Shown here: one piece after another, positions 1 to 10,032 of the stretch
Layout of the letters: each line of letters starts with the position of its first letter
Position numbering within the stretch: the first letter of the stretch is position 1
Source of the DNA: Alphaproteobacteria bacterium
GTDB taxonomy: Bacteria > Pseudomonadota > Alphaproteobacteria > Bin95
Length of the DNA stretch: 64,000 bases
Assembly: GCA_965205265.1 (NCBI GenBank)
Contig: CBDBGH010000003.1
Span: forward strand, 5,184,001 to 5,248,000
Direction: 5' to 3'
Translations under genes and position numbers: made by a program
Notes under the pieces: model-generated
Told to the model about the DNA's origin: nothing
Databases searched by the model: none
Seen by the model: only the letters and a program-made list of their open reading frames with translations

Positions 1-45
1 ATTCGCGGCGTCCTTCCTTGTAGAGGCCGAGCAGTTCCCCGAGGG

Positions 46-858
46 TCATCGACGCGGCCGGGGCGTCGGCAACCCGTGGCCGGAACCCGCCGGCGTCGGC
101 ACATGGCCTCCGGGGACGAGGATCGTCCCCTCCAGGCGGGCCCCGGAGAGGTCCGCGCCATCGAAATCCGCTCCCTGCAGCTCGGCGTCCGTCAGAATGG
201 CTCCGGCGAGCTTCGCCCCCCGGAAATCCGAGCCTCTCAGGTTGCACCCGGAAAGATTGGCCCCCTCCATGCAGGCTCCGGTGAAGTCGGCCCCGCGCAG
301 GTCCAGCCCGCGCAGGTCGACACGGGAGAGATCGACACCACGGAAGTCCCTCTCGCCGGCGGCGAAGCGCCGCCGGATATCTTCCGCGGTGAGCTTCTGA
401 AGCCGCCCTGCCCCACCCGGGACGAGAGCCATCTCCTCCATCCCGCTCTCCCCGTCGCCGTCCATCTGTCCCGCGGCTTCCTGCTCTTCGTCCCGGGCGG
501 CCTCCGCGGCGCGCTGCTCGTCGTCGCGCATGAACACGCCGCGCATGTTTGCTCCGTCAAACCGGCATCGGGAGATATCCGTGTCGCGGAAATTCGCCCC
601 GGTCAGGTCCGCCTCGCGCATGTCGGATCCCGCGAAAAGCGTCCCGGCCGCGCTCGCCCCTACAAAACAGGCCCCGCGGAAATCCCCGTCTCTCATGTCC
701 GCCCTGGAGAGCAAAGCCCCGGTCATGTCTGCCCCGGGGAGCCTGATCCCGGGCAGTCGCGCCCCGCGCAGATCGACGAATCTCAGCACCGCATTGCTGA
801 AGTCGCGCTGGCCCGCCGCGAACCTGGCAAGAAGCATTTCAGCGGTCATGACCGACAT
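46..858 (-). CDS. Pentapeptide repeat protein (two RFAAGxRDF-capped repeat modules)
   Basis: A(D/N)LxG-type repeats; modules start LARFAAGQRDF and RRFAAGERDF; ATG at 858 chosen inside the longer ORF 46..1221. Confidence 0.85.
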   Translation of the reverse strand: MSVMTAEMLLARFAAGQRDFSNAVLRFVDLRGARLPGIRLPGADMTGALLSRADMRDGDFRGACFVGASAAGTLFAGSDMREADLTGANFRDTDISRCRFDGANMRGVFMRDDEQRAAEAARDEEQEAAGQMDGDGESGMEEMALVPGGAGRLQKLTAEDIRRRFAAGERDFRGVDLSRVDLRGLDLRGADFTGACMEGANLSGCNLRGSDFRGAKLAGAILTDAELQGADFDGADLSGARLEGTILVPGGHVPTPAGSGHGLPTPRPRR

Positions 859-1221
859 CGGCGCCGCCCCTACGGATCCGGCGTTGTGCCGTTTTCGGCG
901 GCGTTGGAGGAAGACGGTGCCTTGGGAGGATCGCTCGATGGCATCGCGGGTCGTATTCTCCATCCGATAATGTGGAGGGACTATCCTGCATGCATCTGAA
1001 AACGCCAAACCGTCGCTTCCGTGCCGGCGCACGCCCCGCGAGCCCTTCCCCCGGAACCTGTCCGAAATCCCGAACGTCTTGGAGATTTCAGGGACGTCGG
1101 GAATAGTGGGCGCGGTCGACCGACAGGGATGTCCACATGAAGCCTCCCGGCACCAGGATGACCACAGGAGCATACCCCGCTCCACAGGAACCGGCCTGCC
1201 TGCGTCCAGGCAACAGAACAC

Positions 1222-1256
1222 AATCAGATTGCAAGAACAATCGGATTATTGTTCCA
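1222..1256. promoter_or_regulatory. Putative promoter/operator motif AATCAGATTGCAA-N7-CGGATT
   Basis: Same motif at 16375-16400; both copies lie in divergent intergenic regions. Confidence 0.45.
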
Positions 1257-1319
1257 GGGCGCATGGCGTCGTAGAATGCGTGGAGACATTCGATGCGGCG
1301 GCCGGAAAGGACAGGGCCG

Positions 1320-2402
1320 ATGAGCAAGCCTTACACCGTCCGGATCGACGATGGCCGGCATGAGGTCTGGTATGCCGGGTGGAGCCCCTTGCTCGAGACG
1401 CTCGATCATCTTGGCTGGCAGCCCCTCGCCGGTCCGGCCCGGGGCCCGGATTTCTTCGGACAGTCCGGTGAAACGGATTCCTGCGGGCTTCATGCCGCCC
1501 TTCCCCTCCTTCGTGCGCATGCCACGGACATGACCGCCACCGGCCGGCTGACGGCGGTCGCCGGTACGGACATATGGATGGCAAGCAAACCTCTCGTCCG
1601 GGAGGTCTTCTCCCGTCAATTCGACAGGGACCCCGGCGCCTACAGCCCCGTGGCCGGAAAGTACGGGGTCCCGGACCAGAGTATCGAAAGGCACCTGGCC
1701 GGCCGTCTCGGAGTGGAGCGTCGCACGGCCGATATTCTCATCGGCATGTTCGAGAATCTTCTCCGCAAGCCGCCGCGCAAGGGAATTCCGGATGCCGAAA
1801 TTCCCGCCCCCGACGATGAGGGGCCCGAGGCGCTCGCCCGGTTTATGGACACCGACATGACAGGGGCCGCCCTCACGGCGGCCGGAGACAGATGGACTGC
1901 ATGGTTGTTCTCCGGCCGGGACAGCCCCCTTGCCCGCTGGAACGGCGAACCTCACATGAAACCCGTAGCGGACATGCTCGCCCGGTTCGCGGACGGGCAA
2001 GGCCCGTCCGATACGGAATGGCAAAGGGCTCGCGAAAAGATCCATTTCCGGGCGCATGTTCTGGGCTACAACCTCACCGGGGCGGAAACGGCCCGCGGCA
2101 TGTCGCCATCCGAAAGGGAAGAGGCCGAAAAACGGTATTGGATGCGCTGGTCGCGCGCCACTGCCGCCCAGGCCGCGGCGCGTGCGCTCGACGGCGATAT
2201 GCCCGCTTGCATGCAGTCGCTCGATTCTTCCGTCAATTCGCTGGCGCGCGGTGAGGGGGCCTCCTTCGACAAGCGCAACACGGCTCGCAAACGCGCCTGG
2301 CGCGACCTGCGTGACCGCTTCGTCGAATTCATGGAGGAACACAGGCCCGAGCCGTCCGTCACGAGGGACGGGCCGGACGAGGCCCTGCAACCCTCCCTAT
2401 AG
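1320..2402 (+). CDS. Hypothetical protein
   Basis: 360-aa ORF, purine-rich RBS-like stretch upstream, Pro-rich tail (RPEPS...QPSL). Confidence 0.7.
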   Translation: MSKPYTVRIDDGRHEVWYAGWSPLLETLDHLGWQPLAGPARGPDFFGQSGETDSCGLHAALPLLRAHATDMTATGRLTAVAGTDIWMASKPLVREVFSRQFDRDPGAYSPVAGKYGVPDQSIERHLAGRLGVERRTADILIGMFENLLRKPPRKGIPDAEIPAPDDEGPEALARFMDTDMTGAALTAAGDRWTAWLFSGRDSPLARWNGEPHMKPVADMLARFADGQGPSDTEWQRAREKIHFRAHVLGYNLTGAETARGMSPSEREEAEKRYWMRWSRATAAQAAARALDGDMPACMQSLDSSVNSLARGEGASFDKRNTARKRAWRDLRDRFVEFMEEHRPEPSVTRDGPDEALQPSL

Positions 2403-2445
2403 ACGCGATGGTGCGGGCATCTGGCGGAGATGGAGGGCAGGTCCA

Positions 2446-3117
2446 ATGACCGGCGATACAGGCGCGAAAGAGACACGGGACGGCCTCACACCCTATGAGC
2501 GGCGGAACATCCGGCGCTCCTTCCTCCGAAGCCTTCTGGCCATGCTTGCGGCCATCAGCGTCACCACCTCTGTCACGATGCTGGTGGCCCTGCCGGCCAT
2601 CTATGTCATTGCGTTCATGTGTGCGGCGGGACTTCTCGTCCGCATCGATTCCTTCGACATGCCCCGGCGCGTCGCGCGCGCGCTCGACCAGGCCCTGGTG
2701 AAACCCCTTGCCTTCCTGGATACGCGTATCATCCTTGCCGTGGTGGTGATTCTTGCCGGATCCGGGCTTTTCGCCGGGATCCTTGTCCACGTCATTCTGG
2801 ACATCAATCTCGTCGCCGCCGGCAGCGACCCGGCTTTCGTGGGGCGTCTCTACGGACAGATTGCGGAAGCCATGCGGGCCATGACCGTATGGTCGAATCC
2901 CTTCTACGCCGTCACGATCATCACCTCGGTCGCCATTGCTGTCCTGTCCGGCCTCTATGACGGCCTGTGGACCGGCGCCGCTGCGGCACGGCACAGAGTC
3001 CGTCTGCGGCACCTCCTTCCTTCCGGGAAACGCCGCCGCCAGTGGAAGGACGATGCCCGGGAAAAGCGCCGGAACGAGCGCGAACAGCGCGAATTCTACT
3101 GGCGGGGACCACGGTAG
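2446..3117 (+). CDS. Hypothetical multi-pass membrane protein
   Basis: GGAGG RBS; several long hydrophobic segments. Confidence 0.7.
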   Translation: MTGDTGAKETRDGLTPYERRNIRRSFLRSLLAMLAAISVTTSVTMLVALPAIYVIAFMCAAGLLVRIDSFDMPRRVARALDQALVKPLAFLDTRIILAVVVILAGSGLFAGILVHVILDINLVAAGSDPAFVGRLYGQIAEAMRAMTVWSNPFYAVTIITSVAIAVLSGLYDGLWTGAAAARHRVRLRHLLPSGKRRRQWKDDAREKRRNEREQREFYWRGPR

Positions 3118-3124
3118 GCTGTCC

Positions 3125-3844
3125 TCATCCTGTGGCGGCAGCCGGGCAGTGTTTCAGCATCAGGCCAAGACCGCGGCGCTGAATCTCTGTCGGGTGGAAT
3201 TCCAGAACGATATCGATCCCGCCGCCGTTCAGGCGAACCGGGAAGGAAGCCGACGACAGCGCCAGACGATGGGCCGCGCTGACGGTGCCGGCCGGGGACA
3301 CCTCCACACTGTGGTCCGGCCGCGGGAATGAGTAGTCCTGGTTGGGCATGACGAATTCCCGCGCCTCGCCCGGTAGGTCGCCCGCCTGGAACCGAACCGG
3401 GATGCGTCGGCTTCCCCGGCCTGTCAGGCCGGCAAGCAGAAAGCGGAATGGATTTCCCCAGAAGGTCCTCGCATCCGGTTCTTCCGGATGTCTCCGGATG
3501 AACAGCTTGGATTGCAGGGGGCGTCCCTCTGCGTAGCCCTCCAGAGAGCTTCCCACTGCTCCGGGAAGGGGCGCCCTGCAACCGATAGTCCAATCCCCCA
3601 GGGCGAGGTCCAGGCGGCTCTCTGCATCCAGAGGCTCGTAGCCCGACAGGCGCACGGTCCCTCGCGCCGGAAGCAGAAACACCCAGATGGTGTGTTCGTC
3701 GTTGCTCGTGCTGATCCCGTCATGCCTGTACAGATCCCTGAAAGGGGAAGCTGCGGCGTATTCATAGAGGACACGCTCGGGGCCATCCGCCAAGGCGACG
3801 CCGCTGACGATGAGGATCAGGAGAGCGGCTGCGAGCGGCGCCAT
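3125..3844 (-). CDS. Hypothetical exported protein
   Basis: N-terminal hydrophobic signal-like peptide ending ALA; last gene of a minus-strand operon. Confidence 0.6.
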   Translation of the reverse strand: MAPLAAALLILIVSGVALADGPERVLYEYAAASPFRDLYRHDGISTSNDEHTIWVFLLPARGTVRLSGYEPLDAESRLDLALGDWTIGCRAPLPGAVGSSLEGYAEGRPLQSKLFIRRHPEEPDARTFWGNPFRFLLAGLTGRGSRRIPVRFQAGDLPGEAREFVMPNQDYSFPRPDHSVEVSPAGTVSAAHRLALSSASFPVRLNGGGIDIVLEFHPTEIQRRGLGLMLKHCPAAATG

Positions 3845-3862
3845 CGTCGACGGTCTGTAGGG

Positions 3863-4375
3863 TCAAACCGGTGCGCCGCCGAAGGGAGACGGTTCGGGTG
3901 CGCCCGACACCGAGGCCTCGTCCAACGGAGAGACGACGGGCTTGAAAGAGCTTTCCGGCCACGGGCCACCCCGGTCATCGAACAGCAGCACAGCACCGTT
4001 CCGGTCGATAGTGACCGAGCCGAATGATCCTTCATTCAACTCCCAGCCTGGGTGCTCAGTCCCCAGCAGCGAGAACATATACCAATCGAGGGCGTCTCTC
4101 AGGGACCGGGGCTCCTCTATCCCGACCCGTTCGGCTGTCCAGTCCGAGGGATCCCTTGTGGGATGAATTTCCCGAACGTCCTGGAGCCCGGGAATCAGGA
4201 AGTCGGTGTTCCTCTCCGCCGGTTCGAGAAGAACCTCCCCGATCTGGCCATCATCACCGAATCCTTCGTATTTGACGGTCACGGCCGATATTTCCCGCTC
4301 CTGCAGAGCCTTGATAATGCAGGCCAGGTTGTGCCCGCAGGCCGCCCTGTAGATATCGGGAATTGTCTGTGTCAT
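3863..4375 (-). CDS. DUF6878-like protein
   Basis: Motifs YEGFGDDGQI and HPGWELNEGSFG; paralog of 5885..6394; tail APEPSPF. Confidence 0.65.
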   Translation of the reverse strand: MTQTIPDIYRAACGHNLACIIKALQEREISAVTVKYEGFGDDGQIGEVLLEPAERNTDFLIPGLQDVREIHPTRDPSDWTAERVGIEEPRSLRDALDWYMFSLLGTEHPGWELNEGSFGSVTIDRNGAVLLFDDRGGPWPESSFKPVVSPLDEASVSGAPEPSPFGGAPV

Positions 4376-4413
4376 GGGGTCTCCTATCCTTCTTTGAGCC
4401 GCATCTTCGCGGA

Positions 4414-5661
4414 TCAGGGTTCCGGCGTATCGGGCGACGCCTTGCGCCCGTGCTTCAGCGGCCAGTCATTCTGGCTTGCAACAGCCCGGTGCGTGCGCAG
4501 AACGGCATAACTCTCCGGCTCGGTCTCTCCCCGCAGCCGCCAGTACAGCAGGTCCCTGTCCCGGTCGAAGCCGTACCATTCCCGTCTGGCCCAGTCATTG
4601 GAGGCGTAAGCGCGGGGAGCCTTGCCGTCGGCATCCTTCACATCGATGGCGGCGCCGCCGTCAAGCAGACCGTGCGCGGCGCCATACCGCTCTTCCATCA
4701 CCGCCAAGTGCAGGGCCGTGCGCCCCTGCGCATCGGGGGCATCGACCGGCGCTCCAGCCGCCAGCAGCGCGGCAATCCCGGCGACATCCCCCTGGACGGC
4801 GGCGATATGGAGGTCCGTGAACCCCCAGGCGATGATCGGGGTCGGATTCCGGCTGTCTGCGGAGCGGGCCACCACCCGGAAAGCCGTGTTGCGTAGGGCG
4901 TCGGTCACCTGACGGTCGATTTCGTCGGACGCCGGGCCGCCGCCCGGCCGATGCCGTATGGCGACGGCGCGCGGGACATTCACCGCGGCGCGGTGAAGCG
5001 CCCCGCCGAACCCGAGCAGGGCGTCGGCATGGCGGGCCATCTCCCAGTTGGCGTTCGCTCTCCTTCCGGAGTCCACCAGGGCGCGGGCCGAGAGCAGGGG
5101 GTCCCCGGTCAACATGCTGTGGGCGATGAGGGCCGCGGCTCCCGAGCGGTATTTCCCCTGCATGCAGTGGATGAGCATCGAGGGCGGCGGGCCGTCCTTC
5201 GCCGAGTCCATCCACTGGCGAAAGAACGCGATCAGGCCGCCGACATTGTCCGCGTCCGGAGAATGGGCGCCGCGCCCGTCACTGCGCTGGTCGTCATCGT
5301 CGATACGCGCATGATGCATGCGCAGGCCGGACTGCCCGGCCGCCCGAAACGCCTCCCATTCCTCATCCATGTCGACCTGCACGACACTTGCGAGAAAGCG
5401 GATCTCGGGGTGCTCCTCCAGCACCTCGACGACCTCGTTCATGGCGCAGATGTAGATGGCGGGCGAGGTGTCCGCATAGAGCCGTTCGATCTCCGCGGCG
5501 ATGCGGTCCCCCTCCGCAATCTCTTCGGGGCTGAAAGGCCGTCCTTCCTGCTTCCGGTATTCGATCGATCCGGGCCCGATCCGGCTGCTGTCGATCAGAG
5601 CGCGGGCGGAGGGCCGGTGGAACATTCTCACTCCAGGGCCTCCAGGCGTCCTCGTATTCAT
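4414..5661 (-). CDS. Protein-tyrosine-phosphatase-like (CX5R) domain fused to ankyrin repeats
   Basis: LIHCMQGKYRS P-loop; ankyrin motifs TDLHIAA and GRTALHLAV. Confidence 0.75.
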   Translation of the reverse strand: MNTRTPGGPGVRMFHRPSARALIDSSRIGPGSIEYRKQEGRPFSPEEIAEGDRIAAEIERLYADTSPAIYICAMNEVVEVLEEHPEIRFLASVVQVDMDEEWEAFRAAGQSGLRMHHARIDDDDQRSDGRGAHSPDADNVGGLIAFFRQWMDSAKDGPPPSMLIHCMQGKYRSGAAALIAHSMLTGDPLLSARALVDSGRRANANWEMARHADALLGFGGALHRAAVNVPRAVAIRHRPGGGPASDEIDRQVTDALRNTAFRVVARSADSRNPTPIIAWGFTDLHIAAVQGDVAGIAALLAAGAPVDAPDAQGRTALHLAVMEERYGAAHGLLDGGAAIDVKDADGKAPRAYASNDWARREWYGFDRDRDLLYWRLRGETEPESYAVLRTHRAVASQNDWPLKHGRKASPDTPEP

Positions 5662-5888
5662 GGCGTCGAACGCACCTCGCCAGCTTCGATCCGGCTGCCC
5701 GTGAAATCGGCCCCTGCCATGGCGGCCCTGCGGAACCGGTAGGCGGACAGGGGTGCGCCCCGGAAGATGGCTCCTGTCAGATCGACATCCGGGAGTTCGA
5801 GGCCCTCAAGATCTTGCTCGGAGAAGTCAGTGCCGCGGAAATCATGTACGCCCGTAGCGAAGCGCTCCAGAAGCTCCTGCGGCGTCAT
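5658..5888 (-). CDS. Short or truncated pentapeptide repeat protein
   Basis: MTPQELLERFATGVHDF cap plus about 10 repeats; ATGA overlaps with both neighbours. Confidence 0.65.
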   Translation of the reverse strand: MTPQELLERFATGVHDFRGTDFSEQDLEGLELPDVDLTGAIFRGAPLSAYRFRRAAMAGADFTGSRIEAGEVRSTP

Positions 5889-6394
5889 CCGGTTGCGCTT
5901 CCGTCGCCCTGCGGAGAGGGTTCCGGCAGGCCGCCTCCTGCATCGAGCGGGGACGACTGAGGCGTGTCCCCGCCGCTCTCATGCTCGATGTGACGCGTAT
6001 AGAAGTCGATTTCGGCACCGGCCGGGGTGATCTTGAACGCCCCGAAGGACCCGTCATCCAGTTCCCAGCCGGAATGCTCGAGAAACAGATAGTCCATGCA
6101 GTAACGGTCAATGGCGTCGTCCAGGTCCATCGGCCCGAGGGCGGTTCGCTCGGCATCGGGCGAATACGGCGGCCCCCCGCTGATCGTCTGCAATCCCTCG
6201 ATTATCCTCTGCGTGAGAGGAATGTCCGGAGGGGAGGTGATGATCTCCTCGACCATTCCGTTGTCCCCTTCTCCGTTGAACCGGGCCGTGATCTCGTCAA
6301 TGCCGCTTGCCTGCATGGTCTCGATTATGAGAGCCAGGTTGTGGCGGCTCGCAATCCGGGCGGGAAGGGGCTGTTGCTCCTGAAGGTCGTTCAT
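5885..6394 (-). CDS. DUF6878-like protein
   Basis: FNGEGDNGMV and HSGWELDDGSFG motifs; tail LPEPSP. Confidence 0.65.
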   Translation of the reverse strand: MNDLQEQQPLPARIASRHNLALIIETMQASGIDEITARFNGEGDNGMVEEIITSPPDIPLTQRIIEGLQTISGGPPYSPDAERTALGPMDLDDAIDRYCMDYLFLEHSGWELDDGSFGAFKITPAGAEIDFYTRHIEHESGGDTPQSSPLDAGGGLPEPSPQGDGSATG

Positions 6395-6470
6395 GCTTCC
6401 GCTTCTCCTGATTGTCGGCCGGGACCGGGAGAACTATTGCGCGGATGTCTGAAATTCCCAACGGGCTGGT

Positions 6471-8528
6471 TCAGCGGCGGTCCCGGACCGCAGTGACCGC
6501 GATCCCCTCGGCGGTCATTGCGTCGGCGAGTCCGGGGAAAAGACGGAACATCGCCTGCGAAACTGAGACCGGGTTCCGGGAACGGCCTTGTTGCGCCTCG
6601 AGGAAAGCGACCTGGGCGGCCTTCCGGACCTTCCGGGCTTTCCGGGGCCTGTAGGGGCGCCGGAAAGCCCGGGCGTTCAGGGCGGCGACGACAATGTCCG
6701 CCGCCTTGCGTTCGCGCACTGTCGGCTGACGGTTCCTGTAGCCGGCATGTTCGACCTGCCTCCAGGGTTCCGCCCCCATTTCATCGGGCTCCTCCCTTTC
6801 CCTTACGCCAAGCAGCGTCGAACGGCCGTCCTTCCAGAACAGCCGGTACACATGGAGTGGATGGCGGGGTGCGATGCAGTCCGCGATCATGCCGCCTGCG
6901 CAGTTCCGTTCGTTCTTCCCCGCGCCTATCAGCGCCCGACCGTCGGTAACCGGCTGAACCGAGAATCCGGCACGGCGTTCCAGGATCGGTTCCGGGCTCA
7001 TCCAGCAAACCGCAGCGAATCGCCCGGCTTCCGCTTCCGCCGTTTCCCGGCTCAAGACGTCGCCAGCCCAAGCCCAGCGCCTCGCCAGGTCGGCAAGCTG
7101 CCGGAAACTGCCGCCAGTGCCGTCAAGGCGGCCCCACAGGCGGTCCCATACCCGCGTGGCAGGATCCTCGGCCTCAGCGGTGAGATTGAACCATCGCTGG
7201 GCATCCCCGGTCTCGGGGGATTGCGTTTCGACGATGATCTGCCCGATCCGGTGTCTTGCGTCCCGCATCTCCCGGGCCACGAATCTTGCCTCCGAGATTG
7301 CCGCGATGGCCACCCTCCTGGGCGTCGGGCGAAGGGGGACTCCGTAGCGGGCGCAATCGCGCTCCAGCCCCTTCGGTGCCTCTTCGGGGTCTTCCAAGGC
7401 TCTCAACAGACGGCGGCCGTCTGTCCGGAAAATCGCGCACGCCCGTTCGAGGTCGGATCCGGAGAATCCGAAATCCCGAATTACGGTCCCGGCCAGGGCC
7501 GCCTCTTCCGGTCCTTCCCCGTCACGCCGCTTGCCGGGATGATCGAGCAGGTTCCGGGCCCAGCGCATCGCGGATCTCTGGCTGTTGCGTGAAAACGCCC
7601 CGCGGGACATGACGCCGGGGCCTGTCATCGCGGCTTCATAGCGCCGGACCCAGTCCCGATTGACACCGAAGACCTGTCGGCGGCGCCCTGTGCTTGCCTC
7701 GGCAAAACCCGTCTCGCCGGCGTCTCCCGGGCCGGACCGGGTAACCGACCGGCATTCCCTTTCCAGAACGGCGAGGATATCGCGCTCGCGCGCGCCCTGC
7801 TCCAGCATCGGGCGGATGTCCTCGCACCACAGGCGAGGATTCTCGCCGCGCACGGCGAGCGCAAAGCCCATGGGATAACGCAGGGCAAATCGGCGGGTGG
7901 CCATGCCGAGCGTGTCGTCGCGCCACAGTGCCTCGGCCACCCCGATCGCAACCCAGCCTGCATGGTCGAGTATTGCCATGGCCTGGAACATGGCCTCGAC
8001 ACGCCGAGGTTCGCCTGCGGCCTCGGCCAGAGACCGGCGGGCTGAGTGAAAGCGCGCCGCGAGCTGGCGGCGCAGCACCGCAACGGTCGCACGGGCGCGC
8101 CGGTTGCCCCATCCCCTGAGGATCGTGAAGAGGTGCGTGTCGATGCGCCAGGCGACCTCCTCCGCCGCCGGCATGTTGTTCCCGATCCCGCGACAGGCCG
8201 CAGCCCGGACGCTCCAGGCGCGGCACTCCGCTGCCGTTGGCCAATCGCGCAGACCGCCGGTGTCCTCCCCGAACCAGCCTGGCCGGACGCTCTCGCAGCG
8301 CGCGATCTCCTCGCCGGCGGGGAAAACCCTGATGACCGCGGCATCGGCCGGGCCCCTCAGGCCATATCCGTTGTGGAGACGCGGGACAGGCCAGCTGAAC
8401 CGCCCGCCTCCCAGTTCCCACGGCAGACGGTCCAGCACCCGCATCCCCCTCGGACGATTCCCGACATTGTCCCGGCGCAGGTTGTCCACCGCCAGGAGGT
8501 TGATTTCGAGGGGGCCTTCAAGACTCAC
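6471..8528 (-). CDS. Large hypothetical protein with C-terminal PcfJ-like domain
   Basis: 685 aa; PVTDGRALIGAGKNERNCAGG resembles the PcfJ LxxEGxxMxHCV motif. Confidence 0.55.
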   Translation of the reverse strand: MSLEGPLEINLLAVDNLRRDNVGNRPRGMRVLDRLPWELGGGRFSWPVPRLHNGYGLRGPADAAVIRVFPAGEEIARCESVRPGWFGEDTGGLRDWPTAAECRAWSVRAAACRGIGNNMPAAEEVAWRIDTHLFTILRGWGNRRARATVAVLRRQLAARFHSARRSLAEAAGEPRRVEAMFQAMAILDHAGWVAIGVAEALWRDDTLGMATRRFALRYPMGFALAVRGENPRLWCEDIRPMLEQGARERDILAVLERECRSVTRSGPGDAGETGFAEASTGRRRQVFGVNRDWVRRYEAAMTGPGVMSRGAFSRNSQRSAMRWARNLLDHPGKRRDGEGPEEAALAGTVIRDFGFSGSDLERACAIFRTDGRRLLRALEDPEEAPKGLERDCARYGVPLRPTPRRVAIAAISEARFVAREMRDARHRIGQIIVETQSPETGDAQRWFNLTAEAEDPATRVWDRLWGRLDGTGGSFRQLADLARRWAWAGDVLSRETAEAEAGRFAAVCWMSPEPILERRAGFSVQPVTDGRALIGAGKNERNCAGGMIADCIAPRHPLHVYRLFWKDGRSTLLGVREREEPDEMGAEPWRQVEHAGYRNRQPTVRERKAADIVVAALNARAFRRPYRPRKARKVRKAAQVAFLEAQQGRSRNPVSVSQAMFRLFPGLADAMTAEGIAVTAVRDRR

Positions 8529-8766
8529 GGTGCGCCTGCCTCCATCCGTTTGCCCGCAGTGAATCTCCTTACACGGGGAAGGGGCTCAACGCGAGCTGCG
8601 TGGCTTCACGGGACGGCTCCGCCAGCTGGCGGCCCCGGGGAAGAGGACTGTCCTCTCCGGGTCCTCTTCTCCACTGGAACCCTCGGGGTTTTACCGGCAT
8701 GGCGGATATGGGGGCCGGAAATCTGAAGATTGTGCGGTCGACAGGGTGGACGGGTTTGGCGGTTTC

Positions 8767-9402
8767 ATGGATGGGCTGCATATTTCGGGGCTCCTGCAGA
8801 CAAGGAATCCCGGCATGCCGCAAGACAGCTCCTTGCCCCGAGTGGACTTCAGGCACGGCCGCCGCCCAGGACTCGTCTTCTGCGAGGCAACCGTGCAGAT
8901 CGGTGACGAGAGGACCGTCGAGACATTCTACGGAGCGGACGGCTTTGTCGCCGCCCATGACTGGGCGGCGGAACTGGTGCGTCCGGTGATCGGCGAGGTT
9001 ACCGCAACCCGTCTCGCGGCGCGGGTCGCCGATCTCTGGAGGGCGGGGTTCACCAAGGAGGCCCACGCCGTCGACGCGGCAGGGAAGCAGGTCTCTCCGT
9101 TCGCCGACGAGGCCTGCGCCTGGAACTACCACGGCGCGGTCGAGCGGGCCTGCTACGAGTTCATGGTCGACAGGGGCCTCGACGACAACGGCCCGGATGT
9201 CCAGTTCGTCAATCTCCTCGAGGGTGAGTTCGGGCGGCGATATCCTGAAATGGTCAGCGGGCAGAGCGATGAATGGGGGGACTGGTGGCTTGAGGATGTT
9301 ATCGCCCGGCCGGAAATCACCCAGAAGACGATGATCGAGTTGGCAGAGGCCGTTCGGGACCTGCCGCAAGCTGTCCCGGGCGACGGGATGTCGCCCCCCT
9401 GA
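8767..9402 (+). CDS. Hypothetical protein
   Basis: Acidic 211-aa ORF with plausible codon usage; tail PGDGMSPP. Confidence 0.65.
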   Translation: MDGLHISGLLQTRNPGMPQDSSLPRVDFRHGRRPGLVFCEATVQIGDERTVETFYGADGFVAAHDWAAELVRPVIGEVTATRLAARVADLWRAGFTKEAHAVDAAGKQVSPFADEACAWNYHGAVERACYEFMVDRGLDDNGPDVQFVNLLEGEFGRRYPEMVSGQSDEWGDWWLEDVIARPEITQKTMIELAEAVRDLPQAVPGDGMSPP

Positions 9403-9442
9403 ACCCCGGCTCCACAGGGCAGGAAGCCGGAACAACTCGCGC

Positions 9443-9811
9443 ATGCCGGCGCGGACCGCCTTCGGACAGGGAGCATATAGGTTGCGAGCCGCTGAGATCC
9501 TGCTGCCGCCCCAAGTGCGGTATTTCCTTTCGGCAGGCGAGGCCGAGACGTGGCTCACGGAGAATCTGACCGAAATGGAGAGGGACAGCCTCTGGCCCTC
9601 GGTGCATTCCCGGTTGTTCTCGCGCATGTGGTTCTGCGCCCGTCGCTCGGCCGCGCCATCGCGACCCGTGCAATGGCTGTGCGTCGATGGGCAGTGGCGG
9701 GAACGGGTCATGTGGCCGTGTGAACCGGTCGGGCTGCAGGAATGGCTTCGCGGGGAGGACGGCCGCTGTCCTCACCCGGCTCTGCGCGCGGACGACCCCG
9801 TCAATGTGTGA
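9443..9811 (+). CDS. Hypothetical protein
   Basis: Trp-rich ORF filling the gap downstream of 9402. Confidence 0.45.
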   Translation: MPARTAFGQGAYRLRAAEILLPPQVRYFLSAGEAETWLTENLTEMERDSLWPSVHSRLFSRMWFCARRSAAPSRPVQWLCVDGQWRERVMWPCEPVGLQEWLRGEDGRCPHPALRADDPVNV

Positions 9812-9835
9812 TATAGGCGCCCTGGGCAAGGAAGG

Positions 9836-9862
9836 AGGCTGGCGGCGGGTGGCCGCCAGCCT
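9836..9862. terminator. Hairpin between convergent genes, possible terminator
   Basis: Perfect 11-bp stem AGGCTGGCGGC-gggtg-GCCGCCAGCCT; no strong U-tract. Confidence 0.4.
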
Positions 9863-10032
9863 TCACGATGGCTGGTTGCGCCTCAGGAATCGGGAGCATG
9901 TAGCCCCGGGAGCCCTTCAATGTGCGGGACCGCCGGAACCCCTGTAGTGCGGCCCTTGATACGCCCATTGTACCAGCCCTTCCTCGAATCCTTTACCCCC
10001 GGAGGCGAAAAATCGGACTGGCACAGCTGGAG

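Noticed and set aside
8619-8672. 14-bp palindrome and 12-bp hairpin in a divergent intergenic region
   Set aside because: Single occurrence in GC-rich DNA; cannot be assigned a function
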